The notes: a model not told the origin generated them from the sequence alone. Counted from the stretch's first letter, positions 18,372 through 29,167 are shown. The stretch: DNA of 64,000 nt from an uncultured archaeon (GCA_963810275.1 CAWENF010000014.1:64001-128000); one strand, 5' to 3'. Numbers and translations: made by a program.

Positions 18372-19685
18372 TTGACACTCAGAGGCTTCATAGAGCAACT
18401 AAAGCAAAATGGAGAATTAACACAGATTACAAAGCCCGTCTCAGTCGAGTACGAGATGGCAGGCATTATCGATGCAAACAGCGAGCGGCCAGTCATGTTT
18501 GAAAACGTCAAAAAATCCGCTGTGCCGGTTGTGGCGGGTTTGGTGTCTTCGAAAGATTTGATTTGCAGAAGCATCGGCATCACCAAAGAGCAGTTGCTGC
18601 CCAAGTTGCTTGACGCCATCGAAAACCCAGTGGCGCCCAAACTGGTCACGGAGGCGCCGTGCCAGGAAGTGGTCGAATGCGGCGCAGACGTTGACTTAAC
18701 CAAGCTGCCGATCATGCATTACACTGACAAAGACGGCGGCAAATACATCGCCAGCGCAGTCTCAATCGTCAAAGACCCCGAACTGGGCCAAAACATGTGT
18801 TTCCATCGCCTGATGCTTAAAGACAAAAACCACTTCGTCGCCCGCATAGTGGAACGCAGAGGCACCGATACTACGCTGCAGAAAGCCGGCGGCGAACTCG
18901 ATATAGCCATCTGCCTGGGAAACTCCACACCAGTGCTTCTCGCAGCAGCTACTACGTTGCCGATGGGCGTCAACGAACTTGGAATGGCAAACGCCATAGA
19001 AAAAACCGACGTGGTGAAATGCAAAACCATCGACGTGGAAGTGCCAGCCGACTGCGAATATGTATTAGAAGGCAGAATCACCAAAGAGAAAGCTTCCGAA
19101 GGACCCTTCCTCGATTTGACAGGCATTGTTGACCGCACCCGAATGCAGCCTGTGGTTGAAATCAAATGCATTACACACCGCAAAAACCCCATTTACCAAA
19201 CCATCCTTGCCGGCCGTAACGAGCACAAGTTCCTCATGGGCATGCCAAAAGAACCCACAATCTTCAAAGAAGTCAGCAAAGTCTGCCAATGCAAAGACGT
19301 CTACATCACCCCTGGCGGATGCAGCTGGCTCCACGCAGTCGTCCAAATCAAAAAACAGGCACCTGACGACGGTAAAAAAGCCATCGAAGCCACCTTCAAG
19401 GGCCACGGCTCACTCAAACACTGCGTCATAGTAGACGAAGACATCAACATCTACGACCCGCACGATGTGGAGTGGGCAATCGCCACACGGTTTCAGGCAG
19501 ACAAAAACTCGGTTATCATGTCCAACCAGCCCGGCAGCAGCCTTGACCCCTCCGGCGACTTATCCGAGGGCAAGAAGGCAACCACTGCCAAAGCAGGCTT
19601 AGACGCCACCATTCCGGAGTCAACCACGGGCAAGGGCTTCGCAAAAGTAGACTACGTAAAAGTAGACCTAAACAAGTACATGTAA
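18372..19685 (+). CDS. UbiD family decarboxylase, probable anhydromevalonate phosphate decarboxylase
   Basis: UbiD motifs (FHRL, EGPFLD, VDEDINIYD..DVEWAIATR, GSSLDPS); co-operonic with the AcnX subunits. Confidence 0.9.
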   Translation: MTLRGFIEQLKQNGELTQITKPVSVEYEMAGIIDANSERPVMFENVKKSAVPVVAGLVSSKDLICRSIGITKEQLLPKLLDAIENPVAPKLVTEAPCQEVVECGADVDLTKLPIMHYTDKDGGKYIASAVSIVKDPELGQNMCFHRLMLKDKNHFVARIVERRGTDTTLQKAGGELDIAICLGNSTPVLLAAATTLPMGVNELGMANAIEKTDVVKCKTIDVEVPADCEYVLEGRITKEKASEGPFLDLTGIVDRTRMQPVVEIKCITHRKNPIYQTILAGRNEHKFLMGMPKEPTIFKEVSKVCQCKDVYITPGGCSWLHAVVQIKKQAPDDGKKAIEATFKGHGSLKHCVIVDEDINIYDPHDVEWAIATRFQADKNSVIMSNQPGSSLDPSGDLSEGKKATTAKAGLDATIPESTTGKGFAKVDYVKVDLNKYM

Positions 19686-19695
19686 GTGACCAACC

Positions 19696-20893
19696 ATGGA
19701 GTTAACACCACAAGAGCAAGCTATGCTGGACGGCAAAGAAGGCTACGCTGTCCGCAAAAGCATGCAAATCCTTGTTGCGCTGGGAGAAATCTTTGGCGCT
19801 AAAAACCTAATCGACGTTGGCAGCGTGCAAGTTGCGGGCGTCAGCTACCACAACCTCGGCGACGCAGGCTTGGAGTTTCTCAACTCGCTTGCGGCGGATG
19901 GTAAAGTCAAAGTCTTAACCACGCTTAACCCCGCAGGCATGGACTTGGAGAACTGGCAGCAACTCGGCATCAGCCCCGACTTCGCAGACAAACAAAACCA
20001 AGTCATCGACGCTTTCGAGCGGATGGGCATCCTCATCAGTTGCACCTGCACACCCTACCTAATCGGCAACCTCCCACTCTTTGGCGAGCATGTTGCATGG
20101 TCAGAAAGCAGTGCAGTGACGTTTGCGAACTCTGTTTTGGGTGCAAGAACTAACCGTGAAGGCGGACCATCAGCGTTGGCGGCGGCATTCGTGGGCAAAA
20201 CCCCCTGCTACGGCTTGCACCTCGACGAGAACCGCGTCCCCGACATCCACGTTCAAGTCAACACCCCCATGACTAAACTTTCAGACTGGGGCGCACTCGG
20301 CTACGCCATTGGCAAAAAAGCGGAAAACAAAATACTCCTACATTACAGGAATCAAAAACGCCAGCCTCGACGAACTCAAAAGCTTCGGCGCCTCGCTGGT
20401 GACGTATGGGGCGAAGCCGCTTTTCTACATGAAAGACGTAACCCCCAGCTGGGAAGCCCAACAGCAGCCTATAGAAACAGTTACAATCGAACAAAGCGAC
20501 ATCAAAGCAGCCTACGACCACATAAACGACGACGTATCAGAAATCGACTTTGTCTGCGTTGGCTGCCCTCACTGCAGCATCAAAGAGATTCAGGAAATCG
20601 CTGAGTTAATCAAAGGCAAAAAAGTCAAGGAAGGCACCGAACTCTGGGTAGCAACGTCACGTACAGCCAAACAGCTCTCAGACAAGCGGGGCTATACGAC
20701 GGTGATTGAGGCGGCGGGCGGCAAATTCGCCTGCGACACCTGCATGGCCGTGGCGCCGCTAAAAGGCAGATTCAAGGCGTTGGCAACCACTTCAGCCAAA
20801 GGGTGTTTCTACTCTCGTCAGAATTTGATGAAAACAAAGATGGGCAGCATGAAGGAATGCGTCCAAGCAGCGGTGAATGGAAAATGGAATTGA
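19696..20893 (+). CDS. Phosphomevalonate dehydratase large subunit (aconitase X); 1-nt frameshift near 20335
   Basis: TTLNP, SCTCTPY, WSESSA and RTNREGG in the first ORF; GCPH and DTCM in the second. One extra base in AAAATACTCCTAC disrupts KIPYITG. Confidence 0.9.
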
Positions 20894-21267
20894 AAGGCAG
20901 AATAATCTACAAAGGAAAAGCCCAAGCAGAAGCGCTCGTTACTTCGATGCCGATTAGCTTCTACGGTGGAGTTGACCCCAACACTGGCGAAGTCATCGAG
21001 AAAGGACACGAACTCAAAGGTGTAAGCATCAAAGACAAGGTCTTGGTTTTTCCGCAGGGCAAAGGCTCAACGGTGGGTAGCTACACGTTGTATCGACTCA
21101 AGAAGAATGGCGTCGCACCCGCAGCCATGATTAATCGAGAGACAGAGACCATCGTCGCAGTCGGAGCTATCATAAGCGAAATCCCATTCGTAGACAAAAT
21201 CGACACTGCCAAAATCAAGACTGGCAACAAAGTTAAAGTAGAAAACGACACCGTAACTCTCCCATAA
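20884..21267 (+). CDS. Phosphomevalonate dehydratase small subunit (DUF126, AcnX swivel domain)
   Basis: ISFYGGVDP.TG.VIEKGH and GKGSTVGSY motifs; ATG at 20884 overlaps the large-subunit stop region. Confidence 0.92.
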   Translation: MELKGRIIYKGKAQAEALVTSMPISFYGGVDPNTGEVIEKGHELKGVSIKDKVLVFPQGKGSTVGSYTLYRLKKNGVAPAAMINRETETIVAVGAIISEIPFVDKIDTAKIKTGNKVKVENDTVTLP

Positions 21268-21604
21268 ATTCTCTTACTTTTTTGTACCTTAAAACATCTT
21301 CAGAAGAAAACTAGGCGATTGACTGGGCGCAATAGAGTTGTTCGAGGCAACAAATCTTGTGATTTTAGAAAAGATAGGACTTTACATAGTCTTTGTCGTT
21401 GCAAGTTGCTACAGCGCCTGAACTTGATACAGAAGGCACGGTTTTGCTTTGTAATAGGCATTCTTTTTGAGTATAAGCCGCCTCAACCGACCCGAATTGC
21501 ATCACAGACACGGCATAAAAACATTTTGCTGTGAACAATTCCTAAGAACGATGCACTCTTCTTTTGATAATTAAAAAATAAAAAACACCCTGAACCCCAG
21601 TCTT

Positions 21605-21624
21605 GAAACGGATACGTTTATATC
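21605..21624 (+). promoter_or_regulatory. Putative BRE/TATA promoter of rps8e
   Basis: GAAACGGATACG followed by TTTATATC about 50 bp upstream of the ATG. Confidence 0.5.
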
Positions 21625-21670
21625 TAAATCCTTAGTTTTAGTGACTGCGCAATCAAGGAAATGACGCTAT

Positions 21671-22063
21671 ATGTCTACTCACAGCAGTTTACGTAAAAGG
21701 AAACTTTCAGGCGGCAAAAAACGCGCCAATCGCACCAAAAAACTGTACGAAGCAGGCGGTTACCCAGCCGAAACCATCCTAGGCGAACCTAAACGCAAAA
21801 CCAAACGCACCATGGGCGGCAACACAAAAATCAAGGTTCTAACAGAAAAATTTGCCTCAGTAACTGATCCTAAAACCGGCAAAACCGAGAAAACCCAAAT
21901 CGTACGCGTAGTGAAAAATGGAGCAAACGTTGACTATAACCGCAGAGGCGTCATCACCAAAGGCGCAGAAATCGAAACCGCCCTCGGACATGCCAAAGTC
22001 ACAAGCCGACCAGGTAACGACGGCACAATTGCCGCAGTCTTAGTAGGCAAAGAAAAAGCATAA
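21671..22063 (+). CDS. rps8e: 30S ribosomal protein S8e
   Basis: RKLSGGK, RTMGGNTK, RRGVITKGAEIET and VTSRPG.DG motifs. Confidence 0.97.
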   Translation: MSTHSSLRKRKLSGGKKRANRTKKLYEAGGYPAETILGEPKRKTKRTMGGNTKIKVLTEKFASVTDPKTGKTEKTQIVRVVKNGANVDYNRRGVITKGAEIETALGHAKVTSRPGNDGTIAAVLVGKEKA

Positions 22064-22090
22064 CTTTTTCTTAAAAAATATATTTTTTGT
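22064..22090. terminator. Probable bidirectional oligo-T terminator between convergent rps8e and srp19
   Basis: CTTTTTCTTAAAAAATATATTTTTTGT has T-tracts on both strands. Confidence 0.5.
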
Positions 22091-22408
22091 TTATCTTCTT
22101 CTAGGCTGCTCAGAAGCCTGTTGATTCTTGACTTTAATTAGATGCTTAGATAGCTTTTTGATTATGGCTTCTTTCGGCTCGTTTTTCTCAACAATCAGCA
22201 TGCCGCTTTTCAGCCACGGCGCTTTAGGATAGTGTGCTTCCAAGTTGATTTCGCTTTCCAAGCCCAGTCTCTCTGCGGCTTCTTTGACTTCAGCAATTTT
22301 AGGCGACAGTACAGCTTGGCTTTTAGGGATACGACGTCCTTCCTTGCGCGTTCTGTTGATGTCAAAGTATACTGGCCAGATTATTGCTTGGTCATCTAGT
22401 TTACGCAT
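22091..22408 (-). CDS. srp19: Signal recognition particle protein SRP19
   Basis: IIWPVYFD...RKEGRRIPK..AV..P and HYPKAPW..SG motifs. Confidence 0.95.
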   Translation of the reverse strand: MRKLDDQAIIWPVYFDINRTRKEGRRIPKSQAVLSPKIAEVKEAAERLGLESEINLEAHYPKAPWLKSGMLIVEKNEPKEAIIKKLSKHLIKVKNQQASEQPRRR

Positions 22409-22420
22409 GCTTCTGTTCTC

Positions 22421-24172
22421 CTATTTCTGTGCGAAATAAGCTGTTAACTTTTCGCCTACATCGTCTATGCGGACGAAGCCGTAGCGTTCAAACTGTATAA
22501 TGTCGTCTCGCTTTAACTTTTTGCAGACAACCTCCGCGTAACCCCATGTAACTGATGCGTCTTGTTGCACCACTTCTGTGGGGTACTCATAGCCTTTAGG
22601 TATCCATTGTATAAGCTGGACTTTTTGCTTGCGTGCGTCCTCGTATGACTCGCTGGCAAAAGTTGCTGTGACAGTTTTGTCGATTGCGGACTGGATTGTT
22701 ATATTGAAGAGCTCCATAAGTCGTAAAGTCTGCCCTGTATGAATGGCTTGGGCGTCTTTTTTGCTTATCCAGAATGATGCCATTGTGCTATTGGCTTCAG
22801 GCAATACAGCGTATTCTCTGAAACCACGATTGGGATGCTCAGGGTGCAGGGGCAATTTCGCCAAAAATGTCTTTGGCAACCCCGAAACTTTCAGGTTGAC
22901 AGGTTCCGCCACGAAAAAGTAACGGTCACTGGAAGCATCCAAAACTTTGCGGTTATAAGAATTCAAGGTCTCCCAGCTAAGCGTTACGTCATTGGGTTTC
23001 ACACCAACGTCAATTATGACTTTCTTAATTGCTTCAGGCGTTATGCCACGTTTTTTTAGAGCTTGAAACGTCCCCAGTCGGGGGTCATCGAAGTCCATAA
23101 ATTCGCCGCCTTCAATACCCGCCACGATTTTAGATTTGGATAAAGAGGCACCGGTGATTTTTAGCCTGCCATAATGGATAGCGTCAGGATACTCCCAGCC
23201 CAAATGCCGATACATGTACTTCTGTCGCTCCATGTTTGTGTAGTGCTCTTTACCCCTGATTATGTGAGTCATGCCCATCAGGTGGTCGTCAACGCCCGCT
23301 GCAAGGTTATACAGTGGCCACAAGAAGTATTTACTGCCCACACGAGGATGTGGATGCGTTACAGTATCGATTACCCGTAGTGCTGGCCAGTCGCGAATGG
23401 CCGGGTTAGGATGGTTCAACTCGGTTTTGACACGCACAACCGCTTCACCTTCGAGGTATCTGCCAGAACGCATTTTCCGCCACCTTTCCAACTGCTCGGA
23501 TTGGCTGAGGCTACGGCAGCAGCAAGCTTCCTTAGCTATGATTTTGCTGCGGAAAGCCTCAGGTTTACATTCACAAATGTAAGCATTCCCGTCGCCGACC
23601 AGTCTCTCCACAATGTCATAATAGATGTCTAAGCGATCGCTTTGGATGTACTCCTCGTCAACTTTGACGCCGAGCCATTTGAGGTCGCTTCGGATTGCGT
23701 CGTAAAATTCGAGTTTGGGCCTCTTCGTTTTGGGGTCGGTGTCTTCGAAGCGTAGTATGAATTTGCCGTTGTAGATGCGGGCGTATTCGTGGCTTAGGAG
23801 TATGGCACGAGCTGAACCCAAGTGCAGTACGCAGTCGGGGTTAGGTGAGAAGCGGGTGGTTATCTGCTTGTATTTGGAAGCGTTTGGCAATGGGGACAGC
23901 TTTTTCTCTTCGGCTTCGGGTTTTTTCTGGGTGTCTGGCCAGTATTTCTCTACAATTGCTTTCTGCTCGGACAAAGGCAACGCGTTGACTTCGGCGACAA
24001 CTGCGTTGATTATAACTGAGAGTTCTTTGACTTTACTGCGGAGGTCTGCGCGTTCGCCAAGTACTTTGCCGACCATGGCACCTGCCTGAGCTTTACCGTC
24101 GTGGCTAACTGAATTTAGTAATGCTGCTTTTCTAATAAGTTCCCTTAAATCGCTGTCGTTTTCTAGTGCCAA
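22421..24172 (-). CDS. gltX: Glutamate--tRNA ligase (archaeal type)
   Basis: TRFSPNPD..LHLGS, LRFEDTDP, THIIRGKEH, LSKSK and QFERYGF motifs. Confidence 0.96.
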   Translation of the reverse strand: MALENDSDLRELIRKAALLNSVSHDGKAQAGAMVGKVLGERADLRSKVKELSVIINAVVAEVNALPLSEQKAIVEKYWPDTQKKPEAEEKKLSPLPNASKYKQITTRFSPNPDCVLHLGSARAILLSHEYARIYNGKFILRFEDTDPKTKRPKLEFYDAIRSDLKWLGVKVDEEYIQSDRLDIYYDIVERLVGDGNAYICECKPEAFRSKIIAKEACCCRSLSQSEQLERWRKMRSGRYLEGEAVVRVKTELNHPNPAIRDWPALRVIDTVTHPHPRVGSKYFLWPLYNLAAGVDDHLMGMTHIIRGKEHYTNMERQKYMYRHLGWEYPDAIHYGRLKITGASLSKSKIVAGIEGGEFMDFDDPRLGTFQALKKRGITPEAIKKVIIDVGVKPNDVTLSWETLNSYNRKVLDASSDRYFFVAEPVNLKVSGLPKTFLAKLPLHPEHPNRGFREYAVLPEANSTMASFWISKKDAQAIHTGQTLRLMELFNITIQSAIDKTVTATFASESYEDARKQKVQLIQWIPKGYEYPTEVVQQDASVTWGYAEVVCKKLKRDDIIQFERYGFVRIDDVGEKLTAYFAQK

Positions 24173-24190
24173 ACTGATACGCCTACACAG

Positions 24191-25261
24191 TTATTTGTTG
24201 CGCCTAACCAAGAATTCGGCGAACGCTTTTAATTTTTCCTTAGCTTCAGGCGTTGGCAGCAATAGGTCTACGTCAGTCCAGCTGTCGGTGACCATTTTTT
24301 CAGCGACTGTTTTGACGTGTTCAAAGGCGCCGTACTTTTTGATTATGGCTATAGCTTCGTCCCGCAATGGCTGCTCGTAAGTGTGCATGGCAAGTACCTC
24401 CAGAAGCCGCTCTCTATCAAATTCAGAAGCGTTTTGAAGTGTATAGATTACGAGAAGTGAGCGTTTGCCTTCGCTAATGTCGCCGCCCACACAGCCCTTG
24501 CTCTTAGCGAACTCCTCACCAGTTAAGTCCAATATGTCATCCTGCATTTGGAACGCAACGCCAATAGATTCAGCTAAGCTGCCCAGTTTCTCGACCAGTT
24601 TGGGTTCTGCACCTGCAACAACCGCCGCCATCTTTGCTGCCATGCGGGCCAGCGTGCCTGTTTTGTAGGCGCACATTTGCAGATAATCCTTCTCGATAAG
24701 CTGGTCAGCGTTGGCGATGCCTCTGTGCCATGCAATGTCCATGGCTTGCCCCATACTGAGGTTAATCATTTCCTGTACATAAATCTCGTAAATGTCCCTC
24801 TGCACCTCAGCCGAAAGCTGGTCTCGGTTAACCATTATGGGCAAAAGCGGCAGGTAATACATAGCGTTGCCAACGTTGATGGCTATGTCGTTACCGTAAA
24901 TTTTGTAGCTGCATGGTTTTCCCCGTCGGACTTCAGAGGAGTCCTCAATGTCGTCAACTACGAGGGTACCGTTGTGGATGACTTCTGGAATAATTGCGAA
25001 GTCAAGGCACCAATCCCCCTTTTTGCCCAGAGCTTCGCAGATAATCAGGAATAGTGCGGGGCGCCAGCGTTTGCCGCCTCGGTCCAACATATCCCACACT
25101 GGGTCCGCTATGGCTTTGTTTAGGGGCTCAAGGTTGTAACTGTACATAGGCGGCGTAACTTTGAATGAAACCGCTTTTTCTGTGAACTGTCTGGGTAAGT
25201 ATTTTTCGATGGCTTTGTCGATTTTGGGTGCTGTTTCTTCTAGGAATTGTTCGATGTCCAT
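24191..25261 (-). CDS. idsA: Polyprenyl (geranylgeranyl) diphosphate synthase
   Basis: GGKRWRP, first Asp-rich motif DDIED..RRG, YKT, and second motif FQMQDDILD. Confidence 0.93.
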   Translation of the reverse strand: MDIEQFLEETAPKIDKAIEKYLPRQFTEKAVSFKVTPPMYSYNLEPLNKAIADPVWDMLDRGGKRWRPALFLIICEALGKKGDWCLDFAIIPEVIHNGTLVVDDIEDSSEVRRGKPCSYKIYGNDIAINVGNAMYYLPLLPIMVNRDQLSAEVQRDIYEIYVQEMINLSMGQAMDIAWHRGIANADQLIEKDYLQMCAYKTGTLARMAAKMAAVVAGAEPKLVEKLGSLAESIGVAFQMQDDILDLTGEEFAKSKGCVGGDISEGKRSLLVIYTLQNASEFDRERLLEVLAMHTYEQPLRDEAIAIIKKYGAFEHVKTVAEKMVTDSWTDVDLLLPTPEAKEKLKAFAEFLVRRNK

Positions 25262-25262
25262 G

Positions 25263-26366
25263 TTATTGTGCTCCTCTTTTAGCGTATTTCTGCAGGTTAA
25301 AGCCTCGTGCGGTTAGCCACTCGGCGGTTTTGCTTGTGATTACGACGGGTGATTTGGGTAAGTCTGAGATTTTTTTGACTCCTGTTAGGAACATAATGTT
25401 TCGTAGTTCCTCGATTAGGCATTTGAGGTTGGTTTGGGTTTCCGCTGCGCCTTTAACGGCTGTCTGCAAAATCGGCTGCGCAATGCTCGCTAAATCAGCG
25501 TTAAGTGCGAGTGCTTTGGCGATGTCGGCGCCGCTTCGGATGCCGCCTGAAGCGATTAGTGGCAGTTTGACGGTCTGTGCGTTCTCAATTAAGCTTATTG
25601 CTGTGGGTATTCCCCAATCCCACAGTGCTTCGCCCAGAAAAAGCTGCACTTCACCTTGCTCTTTGGAGACCCGGTGGTACTCGACTGCTGCAAAGCTGGT
25701 TCCGCCTACTCCACCGATGTCAATGGCTTTAACTCCCGCGTTTTCCAGTGCTTTGGCGTCTTCCGCAGATATCCCTGCACCTGTTTCCTTCACGATAACA
25801 GGTACGTCAAGCGCCGAGGCGATTTCGCAGATTTTCTCCAGAACACCGTGGAAGTTGGTTTGCCCCTCAGGCTGCACTGCCTCCTGTAAGGCGTTTAGGT
25901 GGATTGCCACTGCGTCGGCGTCAATCATTTCTGCAATACATTTGACTTCTTTGACTCCGAAGCCATGCACCAGTTGAACGCCGCCGACGTTGGCGATTAA
26001 AAAAGCGTTTGGGGCCTTTTCGCGGGCGACGCGGTAAGTGCGTTCTAAGCTGCGGTTTTCGATGGCTGCTCGTTGGCTGCCTACACCCATGCCTAAGCCG
26101 AGGTTTTCGACTGCCGTTGCGATGTGGGCGTTGATTTCTGTGGCTTCCTCAGTGCCGCCAGTCATAGCTCCAACAATTATGGGGGCAGAAAATTTTTTGC
26201 CCAAGAAATTGGTGGATACGTCGATTTCTGATTTGTTTATTTCAGGCAAAGCGCGGTGGACTAGCTGGATGTCTTCAAAGCCAGAGGTCGCCCTCTTAGC
26301 TTGCGCTTTATCATCCAAACAAATCCTGATGTGGTCAACTTTGCGTTTGCCGGTTTCCTCAGCCAT
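25263..26366 (-). CDS. fni: Type 2 isopentenyl-diphosphate isomerase
   Basis: RKVDHI, MTGG, GSQRAA, HLNALQEAVQPEG, KETGAG, GGTSF and ASGGIR motifs. Confidence 0.96.
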   Translation of the reverse strand: MAEETGKRKVDHIRICLDDKAQAKRATSGFEDIQLVHRALPEINKSEIDVSTNFLGKKFSAPIIVGAMTGGTEEATEINAHIATAVENLGLGMGVGSQRAAIENRSLERTYRVAREKAPNAFLIANVGGVQLVHGFGVKEVKCIAEMIDADAVAIHLNALQEAVQPEGQTNFHGVLEKICEIASALDVPVIVKETGAGISAEDAKALENAGVKAIDIGGVGGTSFAAVEYHRVSKEQGEVQLFLGEALWDWGIPTAISLIENAQTVKLPLIASGGIRSGADIAKALALNADLASIAQPILQTAVKGAAETQTNLKCLIEELRNIMFLTGVKKISDLPKSPVVITSKTAEWLTARGFNLQKYAKRGAQ

Positions 26367-26371
26367 CGTGC

Positions 26372-27172
26372 TTACTTCTCTATTTCAGTGCCTAACACGC
26401 TTTGGTCAGTTAAGGCTCTGTAGATAGATAACTTTTTTGTGGCTCCGGTGACGGTTACGTGGACTCCAGCTTCAATTGCTGGGATTAACTCTGCGATTTT
26501 GCCGGCCATTCCGCCGGTGACGTCTGTTCCTTGTGCTTTGCCCAGTTTTGGCTGGAGGTCTTTTAGTTCTTTTAGTTTGAGTGTTTTGTATGCTTTGGCG
26601 TCAGGGTTATTTTTTGGGTCGCAGTCGAATAAGCCGTCGGTATCTACGCCGACAACGATTTTTTGTGCTTTGTATTTAAGTGCTAGGTAAGTTACGAGTT
26701 GGTCACCTGATAGAACAGTGAAGCCGAGTTTGTCGTCGAAAACCACGTCGCCATAGAGAACTGGCGTGTAGATGAGTTTTGACATTGCTTTCAGGGCAGT
26801 GTCGTCGAAGAAGTTGATTTTACCGTTTTCGGTTACGAAACAGTTTGATGGTGCAACGCTTATTGCGGGGATTTCATGCCAAATCAACGAGTCCATTACC
26901 AGCCCGTTTAGTACGGTCATCATGTGGTGTGTTTCTGCGAAGCCGAATTTCTGTGCTGGGTCTTCTTTGTAGCCGTCTTTTATGGCGAATTTGGCTGCTT
27001 CGGGGTGACCGAAGCTTCCGCCTCCGTGGACAACGATGAGGTTGTCAAGGTCTGCCCGTTTAATTTCCTCCGCGAGTTGGTTTATGATTTCAGTTCGGGG
27101 AGTGGCTTCTTGGGTTTTGTCGGTGATGGCTGAACCGCCGAGTTTTAGTATGATTGGGTTGTCATCGTTCAT
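26372..27172 (-). CDS. ipk: Isopentenyl phosphate kinase
   Basis: LKLGGSAITDK, HGGGSFGH, SGD and DVTGGM..K motifs; directly upstream of fni. Confidence 0.94.
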   Translation of the reverse strand: MNDDNPIILKLGGSAITDKTQEATPRTEIINQLAEEIKRADLDNLIVVHGGGSFGHPEAAKFAIKDGYKEDPAQKFGFAETHHMMTVLNGLVMDSLIWHEIPAISVAPSNCFVTENGKINFFDDTALKAMSKLIYTPVLYGDVVFDDKLGFTVLSGDQLVTYLALKYKAQKIVVGVDTDGLFDCDPKNNPDAKAYKTLKLKELKDLQPKLGKAQGTDVTGGMAGKIAELIPAIEAGVHVTVTGATKKLSIYRALTDQSVLGTEIEK

Positions 27173-27717
27173 CGTGATCGTAACCTACTATCAGTATTTA
27201 CGTACTGCTAATTTAACGTTGCAGTTTTCTATCTGTAACGTATGGGAGTGTGATGTTGCGAGTTGTTTTATGTGCGGCGCTCAATTTTTCATATGCATAA
27301 AAATCTTATGATTGATTTTTTTATTTTCTCTATTGGTAGATAATGGAAGTGATTCTGTTACCAATTCTTTCTGGAGGTTATACTATTTTTTCTGTTTAGT
27401 GGCTGGTTAGTGGGAGCGACATGCTATTTGGTTGTGCTTGGTGTTAGAAACAGCTTGGAAAACCTTTTTCTCTTGTTTTTCTACCTTTAAAGTGAACATG
27501 ACAGTTCCTACCGACACCAAAAGACAGATCATGCCCGTTGTTGTTTTTTGTTGCTTCGTTGTGTCGCTACGGCTGTTTCGGTGCGGCGCCATGCAGAATA
27601 CGCCAAACAGGGGCGCATAGCCATCCCAGAATTAGCAACAAGCATCCGTTTGCCAGTGTTTAGCCTAATACAAGTAGCTATTGTTGCATTTACGCTAAGA
27701 AAGAATAGCAGGCTGGA

Positions 27718-28473
27718 TTATACTTGCCTAAATGTGGCTCCCTGCGATTGTTCAGATTCTTTTATCTCCGCCAATGCCTTGCGTTCTTCCTCGCCTTCTT
27801 TGCGTTCCCGCTCCGCAATGTCCTCTTTAATAGCTTCGCCAAAAATCTTGCGCAGATCTCTTTTTAGCACTGTTTGGTCTTGTGTTAACCCAAAATAGTC
27901 AGCAAAGTAATCAGTGGTTTTCAGGGCCAGCGAGCGCCCGCTTCGTTCGGTCATGATTAAACCCATGTCTTTTAAGAGTTTGACATGTCCGTAGGCATGT
28001 TGCCCGCGGACTTCGATAACGCGCTTTTGCAGAATAGGCTGGCGGTAAGCGATGTAGGAGAGCGTCTTTAGGGGACCTGATGACAGCAAAGGGCGGTTAA
28101 CCAACTTTTTGATTAGCGGGGTAAATTCGGGTTTAACCTGTAACACGTACCGCTCGTCTTTAAGTGCCAAAATCTCCATAGGACTATTACGTGCTTTGTA
28201 CTGTTCGGCAAGCGTTTTTGCGTAGCTGATTACTCGTTTTTTGCTTCTGCTCCCCACCGCCTGGCACATCTCATTAACGTCTAAGGGACGACCTGCAACG
28301 TATAGTGCAGCTTCAACCAAATTGAGAGCATGTTGTTTACGTTCATTAGTTTCCACCATCAACTCCGTTGCTTCTTGGGTTTCAATCTGAGGTTTTTCAG
28401 GCACCGTCTTTGGTGGAGCCGCCTGTGTCGGTTGATTGGCTTGTTTAACCGGTTGTTCGTTAGTTTTTTGCAA
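27718..28473 (-). CDS. scpB: SMC-Scp complex subunit ScpB
   Basis: VEAALYVAGRP, LKTLSYIAYRQPI, RG and TT..F..YFGL motifs. Confidence 0.93.
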   Translation of the reverse strand: MQKTNEQPVKQANQPTQAAPPKTVPEKPQIETQEATELMVETNERKQHALNLVEAALYVAGRPLDVNEMCQAVGSRSKKRVISYAKTLAEQYKARNSPMEILALKDERYVLQVKPEFTPLIKKLVNRPLLSSGPLKTLSYIAYRQPILQKRVIEVRGQHAYGHVKLLKDMGLIMTERSGRSLALKTTDYFADYFGLTQDQTVLKRDLRKIFGEAIKEDIAERERKEGEEERKALAEIKESEQSQGATFRQV

Positions 28474-29167
28474 CTTTTAATTTCCCCACAGCTATGTATA
28501 GTTCTTCAGTTTCCTCATTCTGCCACAGGCTAACTAAGCCATCTTGCGCGAGGAACAATAGATAGATAAACATCCTGAGCGCCTCAATCCGCGTGGCACC
28601 CTTAGAGAGAGTGGTGAAGTCAATTATGCCTTGTCCGCCTGTCTTCTCGACAAGTATGGCGTATAGCTGGTCCACCTGAAGCTCAAGTTCAGCTATGAAT
28701 TTGTCAAATTTAGGCAACAAATCTATCACCGCAGGCAAAACGGGGTGTTGATCTACCACTGGGCGCAAGATGAGGTCTTTTTCACCTTTGAGCACGTCAT
28801 CAAGGACTTCAAGTAAGTGCTGGATGGTGGTGGATGTAAGTTCATGACGCAACGGCAGAAACAGCGGTGGCGGCACAAAGTCGTTGGGTACACGAGGCAC
28901 CGGACGAGGGGGTTCTTGCAAGGTAAGCAACAGCTTAGATTTCATCAGGTAAATCAAAGCAGAAGAGTCCAATGCCACACCTGAAGCGCGAAAATCAACC
29001 TTCTCAGGGTTGGACCGCTCCATCTCCGAAAGGAAACTGCGCAGCAAATAGGCGATGTTGACGTTCCAAGGCGTGAGTTTTTCGAGTTTACTGATTTCAA
29101 AAAGGATGTTCCAGGGAGGACGCAAATAGAAAGGACGCCGCATGGGAGCCGTCGAAGTAGACGACAT
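28460..29167 (-). CDS. scpA: Segregation/condensation protein ScpA (kleisin)
   Basis: PWNVNI, ASGVAL.SSA.IY..KS and C-terminal winged helix FIYLLFLAQDG.V.L.Q; located between smc and scpB. Confidence 0.88.
   Translation of the reverse strand: MSSTSTAPMRRPFYLRPPWNILFEISKLEKLTPWNVNIAYLLRSFLSEMERSNPEKVDFRASGVALDSSALIYLMKSKLLLTLQEPPRPVPRVPNDFVPPPLFLPLRHELTSTTIQHLLEVLDDVLKGEKDLILRPVVDQHPVLPAVIDLLPKFDKFIAELELQVDQLYAILVEKTGGQGIIDFTTLSKGATRIEALRMFIYLLFLAQDGLVSLWQNEETEELYIAVGKLKVAKN

Noticed and set aside
20325-20345. Programmed frameshifting in the PMDh large subunit (also rpl13 and topA)
   Set aside because: No canonical slippery heptamer or shared signal; sequencing error is more parsimonious.
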